A DNA stretch of 64,000 nucleotides from an uncultured Lachnospiraceae bacterium. GTDB taxonomy: Bacteria; Bacillota; Clostridia; Lachnospirales; Lachnospiraceae. The DNA is taken from assembly GCA_947643615.1 (NCBI GenBank), contig CANRWO010000011.1:10195-74194 (forward strand), read 5' to 3'. Positions 21,125 to 30,411 of the stretch are shown here, piece by piece (position 1 is the stretch's first letter; each line of letters starts with the position of its first letter). Below the pieces are notes generated by a model. It was not told the origin of the DNA. It did no database searches and was given only the letters and a program-made list of their open reading frames with translations. Made by a program: the position numbers and the translations under genes.

Positions 21125-22015
21125 GTGGAGAAGGCTTTCAAGCTGGATTTTGAAAATGATAAAATTGGCAGCCTATATGTAAACTGCTGTGGCTGTTCAC
21201 AGACAGAGAGCCTCCACAGCTTTGGCCCTGCGTCCAAACCCCATTATCTGATCCACTATGTGCTGAGCGGCAGGGGAATTTTCCGCTTTCACGACAAGGA
21301 ATACCGGCTGGAGGCGGGATATGGTTTTCTTATCCAACCCAATGAGCTGGCTTTTTATCAGGCCGACGGGGAGGAACCCTGGAGCTACCTGTGGGTGGGG
21401 TTTGGGGGGAGCCGTGCGGAGGAGTATCTGACAGCAATGGGACTTTCCGCCAGGCATCCTGTTTTCTCCTGTCCCAGGGATCAGGAGTTGTACGCTATTG
21501 TGCGGGACATGATGGAACATAATACCTTCGGCGTGGCGGATGACCTGAGGAGAAACGGCCAGCTGGGGGTCTTTTTGTCCGTTTTGGCAGAAGGCGTCGG
21601 GGTGGTGGCGAAGGACGAGGGAGATAAAGGGAACCAGTATGTGAAGAAAGCGGTGTCGTTTATTCAGAGTAATTACTGCAATCCCATTAAAGTGACGGAC
21701 GTGGCCGACTATGTGTGCATCAACAGGAGTTATCTGTATACACTCTTCCAAAGCTATCTGGGGATGTCCCCACAGCAGTTTTTGACTACTTTCCGTATTA
21801 CAAAAGCGAGGGAGCTTTTGGATTCCACTTCCTATCCCATTGAGAGCATTGCCCTTTCCTGCGGCTACAGTGACGCACTGGTGTTTACTAAGGCATTCCA
21901 TGCCATGAAAGGTATGTCCCCCTCCCAGTACCGTAAGCAGAGCCACCGGGAAAATTCCAGGGAGCAGCTGCAAGCGGTGGAGAGCCTGGTGGCGGAGCTT
22001 CTGAAGCCGCATTAA
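21125..22015 (+). CDS. AraC-family transcriptional regulator (cupin sensor, MsmR/MelR-like)
   Basis: GPASKPHYLIHYVLSG cupin domain; C-terminal double HTH (IALSCGYSD...F.KAF...GMSPSQYRK). Confidence 0.92.
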   Translation: MEKAFKLDFENDKIGSLYVNCCGCSQTESLHSFGPASKPHYLIHYVLSGRGIFRFHDKEYRLEAGYGFLIQPNELAFYQADGEEPWSYLWVGFGGSRAEEYLTAMGLSARHPVFSCPRDQELYAIVRDMMEHNTFGVADDLRRNGQLGVFLSVLAEGVGVVAKDEGDKGNQYVKKAVSFIQSNYCNPIKVTDVADYVCINRSYLYTLFQSYLGMSPQQFLTTFRITKARELLDSTSYPIESIALSCGYSDALVFTKAFHAMKGMSPSQYRKQSHRENSREQLQAVESLVAELLKPH

Positions 22016-22066
22016 TAAAAACAGGATAGGCGGTGTCCGCAAGGATATTCTTTAACTCAAATTCGG

Positions 22067-22100
22067 AGCATCCACTTTGGAGTGGGTGCTTTCCCTTTGT
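22067..22100 (+). terminator. Intrinsic terminator after the AraC gene
   Basis: AGCATCCACT-TTGG-AGTGGGTGCT followed by TTCCCTTTGT. Confidence 0.7.
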
Positions 22101-22213
22101 ATTGTCTTAATATCATTGAGTGTGAAATATTTCAAGGACTTTATGACAAAAATATTTTTGTTTTTAAAACCTTTTCCCCATATAGCAGGTTATATATATT
22201 GTAAGAAGTAATA

Positions 22214-22481
22214 GATTGAAAAATAAGTCTGACGACTTTATTTTTCAATCGGCAATTTGAGTCAGAGCCTCAAATATGCCCTGATTGCAGATGAGAAATC
22301 GCCTGCGCGAATTTCTCATCGCGTGTCATCGCAGTAAACTGCTCTGACATGGAGGATTAGTGTGAAAAATCACTCTGATGTGCTGATTTTCACACACAGA
22401 TTTGTGCCGGAGCGTCACAAATTTGTTTGATGGCAGACGCAAATTTGATATTTGCGTCGCCCCGTCGCGTAAACGCTCCGG
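22214..22481. repeat. Intergenic cassette of six or more stacked hairpins (REP/MITE-like element or structured RNA)
   Basis: Hairpins at about 22214-22250, 22251-22280, 22290-22320, 22324-22349, 22360-22395 and a long-range CCGGAGCGT/ACGCTCCGG stem enclosing a GACGCAAAT/ATTTGCGTC hairpin. Confidence 0.6.
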
Positions 22482-22592
22482 AATGGGGATTAGTATAAAA
22501 GATAATGGCTGTTTTGCAAAAATATGCAAAGCTGCCATGTCGGCCATAACAGGTAAAATTATGGCGGGACTGTTTACTTGAAAGGAACTGTC

Positions 22593-23204
22593 ATGGACGA
22601 GCGTCAATGGATCAATGCCATTCAGAAGGGAGATAAACGGTATCTGAAGGATATTGTCGAAAAATATTACGATGATATCTTCCGTTTCTGCGTCTTTCAG
22701 TCGGGCAGCAGAGAGGACGCCTATGACCTGGCACAGGAAACTTTTCTGCGGTTTATTCGGTATGTGGAAGGCTATCATTACCGCAATCTGAAGGGGTATC
22801 TGCTGACCATTGCCATGAACCTGTGCAGGGACTATTTGGTGGAAAAAGCCAGGCGCGGGGAGAGGGAGGTGAGCTATGACCGGAAATTAGACCGAGATAA
22901 TTCGTCGGAAAGGGATTCTATGTGGGCAGTCTGCCAATCCCCGGAAGCATATTTGGGGAGATCGGAAAAGTCTCCCGAATCAGAATTTATGGAAAAGGAT
23001 GTACATGACCGCTTGATGGAAATGTTGTCCCGCCTCCCGCAAATGCAGAGAGAATCACTGATCCTCCATTATCTGTACGACATGAAATACCGGGAGATCG
23101 CGAAGCATACAGGAGTCACTGTTTCAACGGTGAAATCCCGTATAAAGCAGGGAACGGAAAAATTGAGAGGGTCAATCAAAAGAGAAGATTTCTTTGCGAA
23201 TTAG
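22593..23204 (+). CDS. ECF-type sigma-70 factor
   Basis: Region 2 AYDLAQETFLRF...YLLTIAMNLCRD; region 4 MKYREIA...VSTVKSRI. Confidence 0.92.
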   Translation: MDERQWINAIQKGDKRYLKDIVEKYYDDIFRFCVFQSGSREDAYDLAQETFLRFIRYVEGYHYRNLKGYLLTIAMNLCRDYLVEKARRGEREVSYDRKLDRDNSSERDSMWAVCQSPEAYLGRSEKSPESEFMEKDVHDRLMEMLSRLPQMQRESLILHYLYDMKYREIAKHTGVTVSTVKSRIKQGTEKLRGSIKREDFFAN

Positions 23205-23294
23205 AACCTCTGAAGTGTTTTACCATGGGGGCCAGTGTGGAAAGGCATTGTTGTTAAATAGGGCAGGGAAGCCTTGTCCGGGAACGGGGTGCAA

Positions 23295-24158
23295 ATGGAA
23301 CAAAATAAAGAAGTGCAGGAAAACAAATTGGAAAAACAAAAGATCAGCAGGAATAAGACTTTGGGACAAATGACGTACGAAGAAATATGTGAGGAAACTC
23401 TGCCGGAAGAGGGTGATATCTGGAAAGCGGCATCCCAGTTAAGGCCGGATCCTCATAAAAAACAAGAATCTCTTTTGCATATCCTTAGCAGCATTGATTC
23501 AAAGGATATTTACAGTGCTCCGCCCTTCAGTGAATTGCTGCTGATCCAGCTGCAATATCTCTCCCCGGTATTTTGGATACTTCAGGGGGGAATGCTTTTG
23601 GGCCTGATGCTGTTCTTATTCCGGCTTCCGTCCAAGGGAGGGGAATTGACGGATTACCTGTGGTGGAGTTCCGTTGCCGCGGCATGGCTGGGCGTATTGT
23701 CCAACGGCCTGTTGGGCAGGCATTTTTCCAGCGGAATGGCGGAACTGGAGCAAAGCTGTTATATTAATTTGACCCAAATGTGGACAATACGGATGATCCT
23801 GGTCACCGGTGTGGATATCTTTGTCCTTACCGTATTCAGCGGTGGCATTGCATTGCGCACGGATACCTTTTTCGGAAGGGTTGCGGTGTACCTGCTTGTC
23901 CCTTTTATACTGTCCAATGCCTGCTGCCTGCTGGGAGCAAGCGCCATCCGGGGCGGTAAGGGGAAGTATATCCTGGCGGCTCTGGCAGTGCTGACGGCGT
24001 TGGTTGCTGCGGCGCCCTCCTTTTTACCAAAGGTATATACAGCCGCCTACTTGTGGGTATGGTTTGGAGTGTTGTTGTTAGGGACATTGATTTTTGCGGG
24101 GCAAATCAGGATCTGCTATAGCAGAATGATAAGAGGTGAAATGGTATGCTGGAATTAA
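23295..24158 (+). CDS. Polytopic membrane protein (anti-sigma or ABC permease-like)
   Basis: Cytoplasmic N-terminus then about six TMs; MAELEQSCY motif; overlaps the ATPase gene. Confidence 0.75.
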   Translation: MEQNKEVQENKLEKQKISRNKTLGQMTYEEICEETLPEEGDIWKAASQLRPDPHKKQESLLHILSSIDSKDIYSAPPFSELLLIQLQYLSPVFWILQGGMLLGLMLFLFRLPSKGGELTDYLWWSSVAAAWLGVLSNGLLGRHFSSGMAELEQSCYINLTQMWTIRMILVTGVDIFVLTVFSGGIALRTDTFFGRVAVYLLVPFILSNACCLLGASAIRGGKGKYILAALAVLTALVAAAPSFLPKVYTAAYLWVWFGVLLLGTLIFAGQIRICYSRMIRGEMVCWN

Positions 24159-25021
24159 AGCTTGAAAAGGTTTCTAAGGTATATGGCAGTAAGAGGGCAG
24201 TGGATGGGATTGACTGTTCCCTGTCCTATGGGGTGTACGGCCTGCTGGGGGCAAACGGGGCCGGAAAGACTACCCTTCTGCGCATGATATGCGGTATTTT
24301 GGAAGCCACGGAAGGAAGGATCACTTGTGAAGGAATGGAAATCAGGAAAATGGGGGCCCGGTATCGCAGGCTGCTGGGATATCTGCCGCAAAACTTCGGC
24401 TATTACCCGGAGTTTACGGCCAGGAAGTTTCTCCTATACCTTGCGGCCTTGAAAGCCATTCCCAGGGAAGAGGCCAGTGAAAAGGTGGAGGAATTGTTGC
24501 AGTTGGTGGATTTGGAACAGGTAAAGGATAAAAAGATCAAAACCTTTTCGGGGGGAATGGTCCGCAGGCTGGGAATTGCACAGGCGTTGCTGGGGGATTC
24601 TGAGATTCTGATTTTGGACGAACCTACGGCGGGCCTGGATCCAAAAGAGAGGATAAGGTTCCGCAACATTATCAGCGCCCTTTCCAAGGAACGGATCATC
24701 ATATTATCCACCCATATTGTGTCAGATGTAGAGTACATCGCGGATAAAATACTATTGATGAAGGACGGCAGGCTGTTGTCTGCAGGCGATATCGGGCAGA
24801 TGCTCGAACAGGTCAGAGGAAAAGTCTGGGAATGCTGTGTCAGGCCGGAGGAGGCGGAAAGCTACCAGGCAAAGTTTTCTGTCAGCAATCTTCGTAATAC
24901 GGAACAAGGGGTAAAGCTGCGGATTGTGTCAAATGTATGTCCTCTTCCGGAAGCCGTGCCTGCGGATCCTGACCTGGAGGATGTATACCTGTATTATTTC
25001 AGGGAGGTGGGAAAATCATGA
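24146..25021 (+). CDS. ABC transporter ATP-binding protein
   Basis: Walker A GANGAGKT, signature FSGGM, Walker B ILILDEP, H-loop STH. Confidence 0.95.
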   Translation: MLELKLEKVSKVYGSKRAVDGIDCSLSYGVYGLLGANGAGKTTLLRMICGILEATEGRITCEGMEIRKMGARYRRLLGYLPQNFGYYPEFTARKFLLYLAALKAIPREEASEKVEELLQLVDLEQVKDKKIKTFSGGMVRRLGIAQALLGDSEILILDEPTAGLDPKERIRFRNIISALSKERIIILSTHIVSDVEYIADKILLMKDGRLLSAGDIGQMLEQVRGKVWECCVRPEEAESYQAKFSVSNLRNTEQGVKLRIVSNVCPLPEAVPADPDLEDVYLYYFREVGKS

Positions 25022-26142
25022 TGAAACAAGAAATATACCGAATACTTTGCCGTAAGATTCTGTGGCTTGCAGTCCTTGTGGCAACCGCGTTTTCCCTTTA
25101 TTATGAATTGACCTCTCTCTGGCAGGATATGGCGATTCACGACGGGGAGATATATCGGGGTTGGGAATGCAATAATTATAACAGGAGGATAACAAAGGAA
25201 TTTGCCGGTCCGCTGACGGAAGAAACCATACGGGAAATCTGGGAGAAGTATGGGGAACCGGTGAATAATTACGGCTATAGTAATAGATATGAAGATCTGG
25301 TACAGTCTGCAGGGCAGGAAGGCTATGATAATTACTGTAATACTTTTGTGGCCCGGAAATTTGCCGAGAAAATAGAAAAGGAAGACGGCACGGTTTCATT
25401 TATACTGCCGGAGGACCTGTCAGGAAGCCGTTACCTGGACGGAAGTTATACTTTTGGCTATGCAGGAGGTTACTGGAGTTATTGGGACTGTTACCTAATA
25501 GCGTTTGTAATGGTATCTATTGTGGTGATTATTGGGGTTAGTCCGACCTTTTCTGAGGACTATGCTTTTCGGACGGCGGATATCATCCTGCCTACGGCCA
25601 AAGGGCGTTTTCGAGCCTGGTGGACGCGTACGGGGGCAAGCTTTCTCTTTGCTTCCGCCTATTATTGGTTTATGTCCGGGATTACTTTTGTACAGTGCTA
25701 TTTGCTTTATGGCCCGGATGGACTGTCCGTAAGCTGCGGGTTGACCTACTTTCCATATTTTATGGGGCAGGACAGTGACCCGATTTGGAAAGCGCTTCTG
25801 ATATTGCATTTGGGAGGATGGTTTTCCATACTGGCGTTGGTTTTGCAGATACAGGCCATATCGTCGGGATGTAAGTCCAGCTTTGGGTCTTTGCTGTGGT
25901 CGCTGGCGGCTTTCCTGGGTCCCATCGCCGTGATCAGGGTAGTTCTGGATAATCTGCCTTACTCTGGGTTGGTCAGGTGGTTGAAATATTTTGGATACAG
26001 TATGCCCTTTTCCTTCGCTGGGATGTATCTGCAGGCTCCGCCCTCAGGGAAACAGATCGTTGTTACACTGGCTTTGGCCACGGTTGCACTGACAGGGGTA
26101 CTTGGAGCTAAGGGATGGTGCAGGCATCAGGTGAAAAATTAG
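25018..26142 (+). CDS. ABC transporter permease
   Basis: N-terminal TM, extracellular loop, then about five TMs; ATGA overlap with the ATPase. Confidence 0.8.
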   Translation: MMKQEIYRILCRKILWLAVLVATAFSLYYELTSLWQDMAIHDGEIYRGWECNNYNRRITKEFAGPLTEETIREIWEKYGEPVNNYGYSNRYEDLVQSAGQEGYDNYCNTFVARKFAEKIEKEDGTVSFILPEDLSGSRYLDGSYTFGYAGGYWSYWDCYLIAFVMVSIVVIIGVSPTFSEDYAFRTADIILPTAKGRFRAWWTRTGASFLFASAYYWFMSGITFVQCYLLYGPDGLSVSCGLTYFPYFMGQDSDPIWKALLILHLGGWFSILALVLQIQAISSGCKSSFGSLLWSLAAFLGPIAVIRVVLDNLPYSGLVRWLKYFGYSMPFSFAGMYLQAPPSGKQIVVTLALATVALTGVLGAKGWCRHQVKN

Positions 26143-26163
26143 GGAAACGCTTCAGCGTTTCCC
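26142..26163. terminator. Hairpin at the end of the ABC operon
   Basis: GGGAAACGCT-TC-AGCGTTTCCC. Confidence 0.6.
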
Positions 26164-26371
26164 CAATTCCTCCCAGTCTTCTCCGTAATAGGCTAATAAT
26201 AATTTTAATCTATTGTATTTTATATTTTTGTGTGCCTTCAATTCCATGTAAAATCTACCCTTTATACCCTATTTCACACATTACTTCGGCAGAGAATTTT
26301 GTAATTATTGCAACGTCCGCTCTATTCGGACATCCGATCTTGGAAACGTAAAATAACATTTTGACAGGTTC

Positions 26372-26407
26372 AAAAAACAAATGGATGTGGTAATCCATTT
26401 GTTTTTT
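26372..26407. promoter_or_regulatory. Perfect 15-bp-arm inverted repeat in the galK upstream region (terminator or operator)
   Basis: AAAAAACAAATGGAT-GTGGTA-ATCCATTTGTTTTTT, between TTGACA (26361) and TATAAT (26410). Confidence 0.6.
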
Positions 26408-26462
26408 TGTATAATAGAATCATAAGAATGCAAAGTATCGCAGGATACGGATTGGAGAAGGT

Positions 26463-27626
26463 ATGAAGGAGATTATTTTGAAGAAGTTCGCGGAAGTGTT
26501 TGGGGATGCGGAGGGAGCCAAAGCGTATTTTGCGCCGGGGCGTGTGAACCTGATCGGTGAACATACCGACTACAACGGAGGCCATGTGTTTCCCTGTGCC
26601 CTGACCATCGGTACATATGGTGTAGCAAGGAAGAGGGCAGACAATAAGCTACGGTTTTTTTCCATGAATTTTGAGCGGCTGGGTGTAATAGAGTCTTCCC
26701 TGGAGGAGCTTGTCCCTTCGGAAAAAGCGGGATGGACAAATTACCCAAAGGGGGTGATATGGGCATTTGGGGAGAAGGGCATGGAAGTTCCCTGTGGTAT
26801 GGATCTGTTGTTGAACGGAAATATTCCCAACGGTTCAGGCCTGTCTTCTTCGGCTTCCGTTGAAGTCCTGACAGGGCATATTCTGAGGGATTTCTTTGGA
26901 TTTGAGGTGTCCAATCAGGATCTGGCGCTGATCGGACAATATTCAGAGAACAATTTTAATAAGGTAAACTGCGGTATTATGGATCAGTTTGCCATCGCTA
27001 TGGGCAGGGAAGATCATGCGATTTTCCTGGATACGGCAGACCTTTCCTATGAATATGCGCCTATTGCCCTAAAGGGCGCGAAGATTGTCATTGCCTGCAG
27101 TAACAAAAAGCGCGGACTGGGAGATTCCAAGTACAATGAACGCCGCAGCCAGTGTGAGACGGCTCTGGCAGAGTTAAAGCAGGTGATAGACATCCAATCT
27201 CTGGGGGATTTGGATGAAGATACCTTCGAGAAGCATAAATCGGCTATAAAGGATGAAGTGCGTGTCAGGAGGGCAAAGCATGCCGTATATGAGAACCGCC
27301 GCACCATCCGTGCCGTGGAAGCATTAAAGGCGAATGATGTGGAACAGTTTGGGCAGTTGATGAATGCCTCCCATGTATCTCTCCGGGATGACTATGAAGT
27401 CACCGGAACCGAGCTGGATACCCTGGTGGAGGAAGCGTGGAAGATTGACGGCGTTATCGGTTCCCGCATGACAGGGGCAGGCTTTGGCGGCTGCACCGTC
27501 AGCATTGTGAAGGATGGGGCCATAGATGCTTTCATTGAGAAGGTGGGGAAGGCATATCAAGAGAAGATCGGATACGCCGCCGACTTCTACGTGGTGGAGA
27601 TTGGGGACGGCCCCAGAACCCTTTAA
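26463..27626 (+). CDS. galK: Galactokinase
   Basis: APGRVNLIGEHTDYNGG, GSGLSSSA, CGIMDQ, GSRMTGAGFGGC. Confidence 0.97.
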   Translation: MKEIILKKFAEVFGDAEGAKAYFAPGRVNLIGEHTDYNGGHVFPCALTIGTYGVARKRADNKLRFFSMNFERLGVIESSLEELVPSEKAGWTNYPKGVIWAFGEKGMEVPCGMDLLLNGNIPNGSGLSSSASVEVLTGHILRDFFGFEVSNQDLALIGQYSENNFNKVNCGIMDQFAIAMGREDHAIFLDTADLSYEYAPIALKGAKIVIACSNKKRGLGDSKYNERRSQCETALAELKQVIDIQSLGDLDEDTFEKHKSAIKDEVRVRRAKHAVYENRRTIRAVEALKANDVEQFGQLMNASHVSLRDDYEVTGTELDTLVEEAWKIDGVIGSRMTGAGFGGCTVSIVKDGAIDAFIEKVGKAYQEKIGYAADFYVVEIGDGPRTL

Positions 27627-27746
27627 AATTCCGCCCCCTTTTTTCATTTGAGAGCAATCCGCATCAACAGAAAACAACTTATAGCTTTAACAGTTAAATT
27701 TAGCGGAAAATAGGAAATAAAAACGGAGAGAGGAGAAGATGCAGAT

Positions 27747-29246
27747 ATGATTCAGACAAATATCAGAAAATTAGTTGCCTATGGCGTCCGGACAGGACTG
27801 GTGCCTGAGGAGGATGTGACCTATACCACCAACAGGCTTTTAGAGCTGTTTGGCTTGGAGGAACTGGAGGAGACTCCCGAAGAGGTTTCCATGGCGGTGG
27901 AGGAGCTGGAGGGTGTGCTTTGCAGCATGTGTGATTATGCGGTGGCCCAGGGAATGATCGAGGACAGTATCGTGTACCGGGATTTATTTGACACAAAGAT
28001 CATGAGTATGCTGATGCCACGTCCCAGTGAAGTGATTCGTGAATTCCGGGAACTGTATGACAATGTTTCCCCGGAAGCTGCAACGGATTATTACTATAAG
28101 CTTAGCCAGGACTCCGACTATATCCGCAGATACCGCATCTGCAAAGATAGGAAATGGGTGTCACCCACCAAATACGGGGATTTGGATATAACCATTAACC
28201 TTTCCAAGCCGGAAAAGGATCCCAAAGCTATAGCGGCGGCAAAGAACGCAAAACAGTCCGGGTATCCGAAGTGCCTGCTCTGCAGGGAAAATGAGGGATA
28301 TGCGGGTCGTGCCAACCATCCTGCCAGACAGAACCACCGGATTATTCCCGTTACCATTAACGGCAGCCAGTGGGGATTCCAGTATTCGCCTTATGTATAC
28401 TATAATGAACATTGTATTGTATTCAATTCTTTACATACACCCATGAAGATTGAGCATGCCACATTTTGCAAGCTATTTGATTTTGTAAAGCAGTTTCCTC
28501 ATTACTTTGTGGGATCCAATGCAGATTTGCCGATTGTAGGGGGTTCTATTTTAAGCCATGACCATTTCCAGGGGGGACATTACGAATTTGCCATGGCAAA
28601 GGCTCCTGTGGAAAGGACTTTTACCGTAAAAGGATTTGAGGATGTGGCAGCAGGAGTGGTGAACTGGCCCATGTCGGTGATCCGTTTAAGCGGTAAGGAT
28701 ACAGACCGTATCATTGCCCTGGCGGATGTGATTCTGGAAAAGTGGAGGGGTTATACGGACGAGTCGGCATTTATCTATGCAGAGACGGAGGGTGAGCCTC
28801 ATAATACAATCACTCCCATTGCAAGAAAACGGGGAGAGAACTTCGAGCTGGATCTGGTACTCAGGAACAACATAACTACTAAAGAGCATCCCCTGGGCGT
28901 ATACCACCCTCATGCAAAACTGCATCATATCAAGAAAGAGAATATCGGCCTTATCGAGGTTATGGGCCTGGCAGTGCTTCCTGCCCGGCTGAAAGGAGAA
29001 ATGGCAAAGCTGAAAGAAGCCATTCTTGCAGGAACGGATCTGCAGGCGGACGAGGATCTTGCAAAACATGCCGATTGGGTGAAAGAATTTTCTCCTAAAT
29101 ATGAGAAAATAGATGCCCATAATATCGACGGCATTATTGAGAAGGAAATCGGACTGGTATTCATGGAAGTATTGGAGGATGCCGGAGTCTACAAGAGGAC
29201 GGAGGAAGGACAGAAGGCATTTGGCCGGTTTTTGGAAAGTTTATAA
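27747..29246 (+). CDS. galT: Galactose-1-phosphate uridylyltransferase (Gram-positive type)
   Basis: ITINLSKPEKDPK, YPKCLLC, SNADLPIVGGSILSHDHFQGG, HHIKKENIGLIEVMG. Confidence 0.96.
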   Translation: MIQTNIRKLVAYGVRTGLVPEEDVTYTTNRLLELFGLEELEETPEEVSMAVEELEGVLCSMCDYAVAQGMIEDSIVYRDLFDTKIMSMLMPRPSEVIREFRELYDNVSPEAATDYYYKLSQDSDYIRRYRICKDRKWVSPTKYGDLDITINLSKPEKDPKAIAAAKNAKQSGYPKCLLCRENEGYAGRANHPARQNHRIIPVTINGSQWGFQYSPYVYYNEHCIVFNSLHTPMKIEHATFCKLFDFVKQFPHYFVGSNADLPIVGGSILSHDHFQGGHYEFAMAKAPVERTFTVKGFEDVAAGVVNWPMSVIRLSGKDTDRIIALADVILEKWRGYTDESAFIYAETEGEPHNTITPIARKRGENFELDLVLRNNITTKEHPLGVYHPHAKLHHIKKENIGLIEVMGLAVLPARLKGEMAKLKEAILAGTDLQADEDLAKHADWVKEFSPKYEKIDAHNIDGIIEKEIGLVFMEVLEDAGVYKRTEEGQKAFGRFLESL

Positions 29247-29291
29247 GTATGAGAAAGCAAGTTTTACGCATTTAAAATCGGGGGGGGAAGA

Positions 29292-30341
29292 ATGCCCACA
29301 AAAGTGAAATTGTTTTTATTGCTCATTGGCCTGCTGGTTTTATCCGGCTGTCAGGATAATAGTGATTTTTCAACGGATATCGTTGTCAATGAAGGAAGCA
29401 GCAAGGAATCAGCGGAAACGGAAGAAAGTGTAATGGCTGAATCCGTCCCGGATCCGCCAAAACCATCGGAAGTTCCCGTAAATTCCGAAGAAGAGGTTAT
29501 CCGCTATCACAGAGTAGACGATATTGACATATCTTTGTCCACTCACCGATGCCAATCCGATGGGGAAAATTTATATCTCGTTTATGGGTCGGCCGGAGAA
29601 CCGGATTTGTATGTCATGCCTATAGGCGCTGATGAACATATGCGGGCCAATATAGATAATCCGGAGGGAATGGTGGTCTGCCATATTGCCATAGACATAT
29701 ATGGAAAGAAACATATACTTGTGGCAGGAAATGATTATGAAGAGTGGTATATCTGGCGCCTAAATGATAGTAACCAAGTAGAGGAAGCGGTTGATGTTTC
29801 CGACTATTTTGAAATCAAACAGATGGCACACTGGTTTTTGGTCGATAAGGAGGGTAATTATTACCTTCAATGGGTCCTCAGCAGGGACGGGATCATTGTT
29901 GACAGAGAAGGGGCGCTGAAGCATAGGTTTACGTTGGAATCACTTGAAACCCAATGGACATATGAGGCCGCGGTGGGGAAAGACGGTCTAATATATGTGA
30001 TTTATAAGGATGATGACGCGAGGGTGAGGATTGGTGAGTTTGATGTGGAAAGCGGTTCTATCATAAAGGAGGACTCGCCGTTTTATTTTACAAGTGACGA
30101 GATTTTTGATGGGATGTCCCGCGGCACAGATACAAATATTTTATTGTTCAGCCGATACAGCGGTGTGTGGGCCTATGACCATGAACAAGGCATTCTCGAA
30201 AACAGGGTGCCGTTATCGGATATGGGCCTTACCCGTGAAGCGGAGTCTTTCCCTCTCACATTTTTGCCGGATGGCCGATTCGTTTTGCTGGAGGGAGGCA
30301 AAGATGGTCTCCATATTAAATACATACCGGCAGGAAAATAA
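29292..30341 (+). CDS. Acidic lipoprotein of unknown function (beta-rich, propeller-like)
   Basis: Lipobox LLVLSGC, low-complexity linker, repeated short beta-strand motifs. Confidence 0.75.
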   Translation: MPTKVKLFLLLIGLLVLSGCQDNSDFSTDIVVNEGSSKESAETEESVMAESVPDPPKPSEVPVNSEEEVIRYHRVDDIDISLSTHRCQSDGENLYLVYGSAGEPDLYVMPIGADEHMRANIDNPEGMVVCHIAIDIYGKKHILVAGNDYEEWYIWRLNDSNQVEEAVDVSDYFEIKQMAHWFLVDKEGNYYLQWVLSRDGIIVDREGALKHRFTLESLETQWTYEAAVGKDGLIYVIYKDDDARVRIGEFDVESGSIIKEDSPFYFTSDEIFDGMSRGTDTNILLFSRYSGVWAYDHEQGILENRVPLSDMGLTREAESFPLTFLPDGRFVLLEGGKDGLHIKYIPAGK

Positions 30342-30411
30342 GGAATACAGAGATAAATAGATATGTTTTAAGTGTGGGCGGAATGAAGAGCATGCAGGAA
30401 AGGAAAACAAT

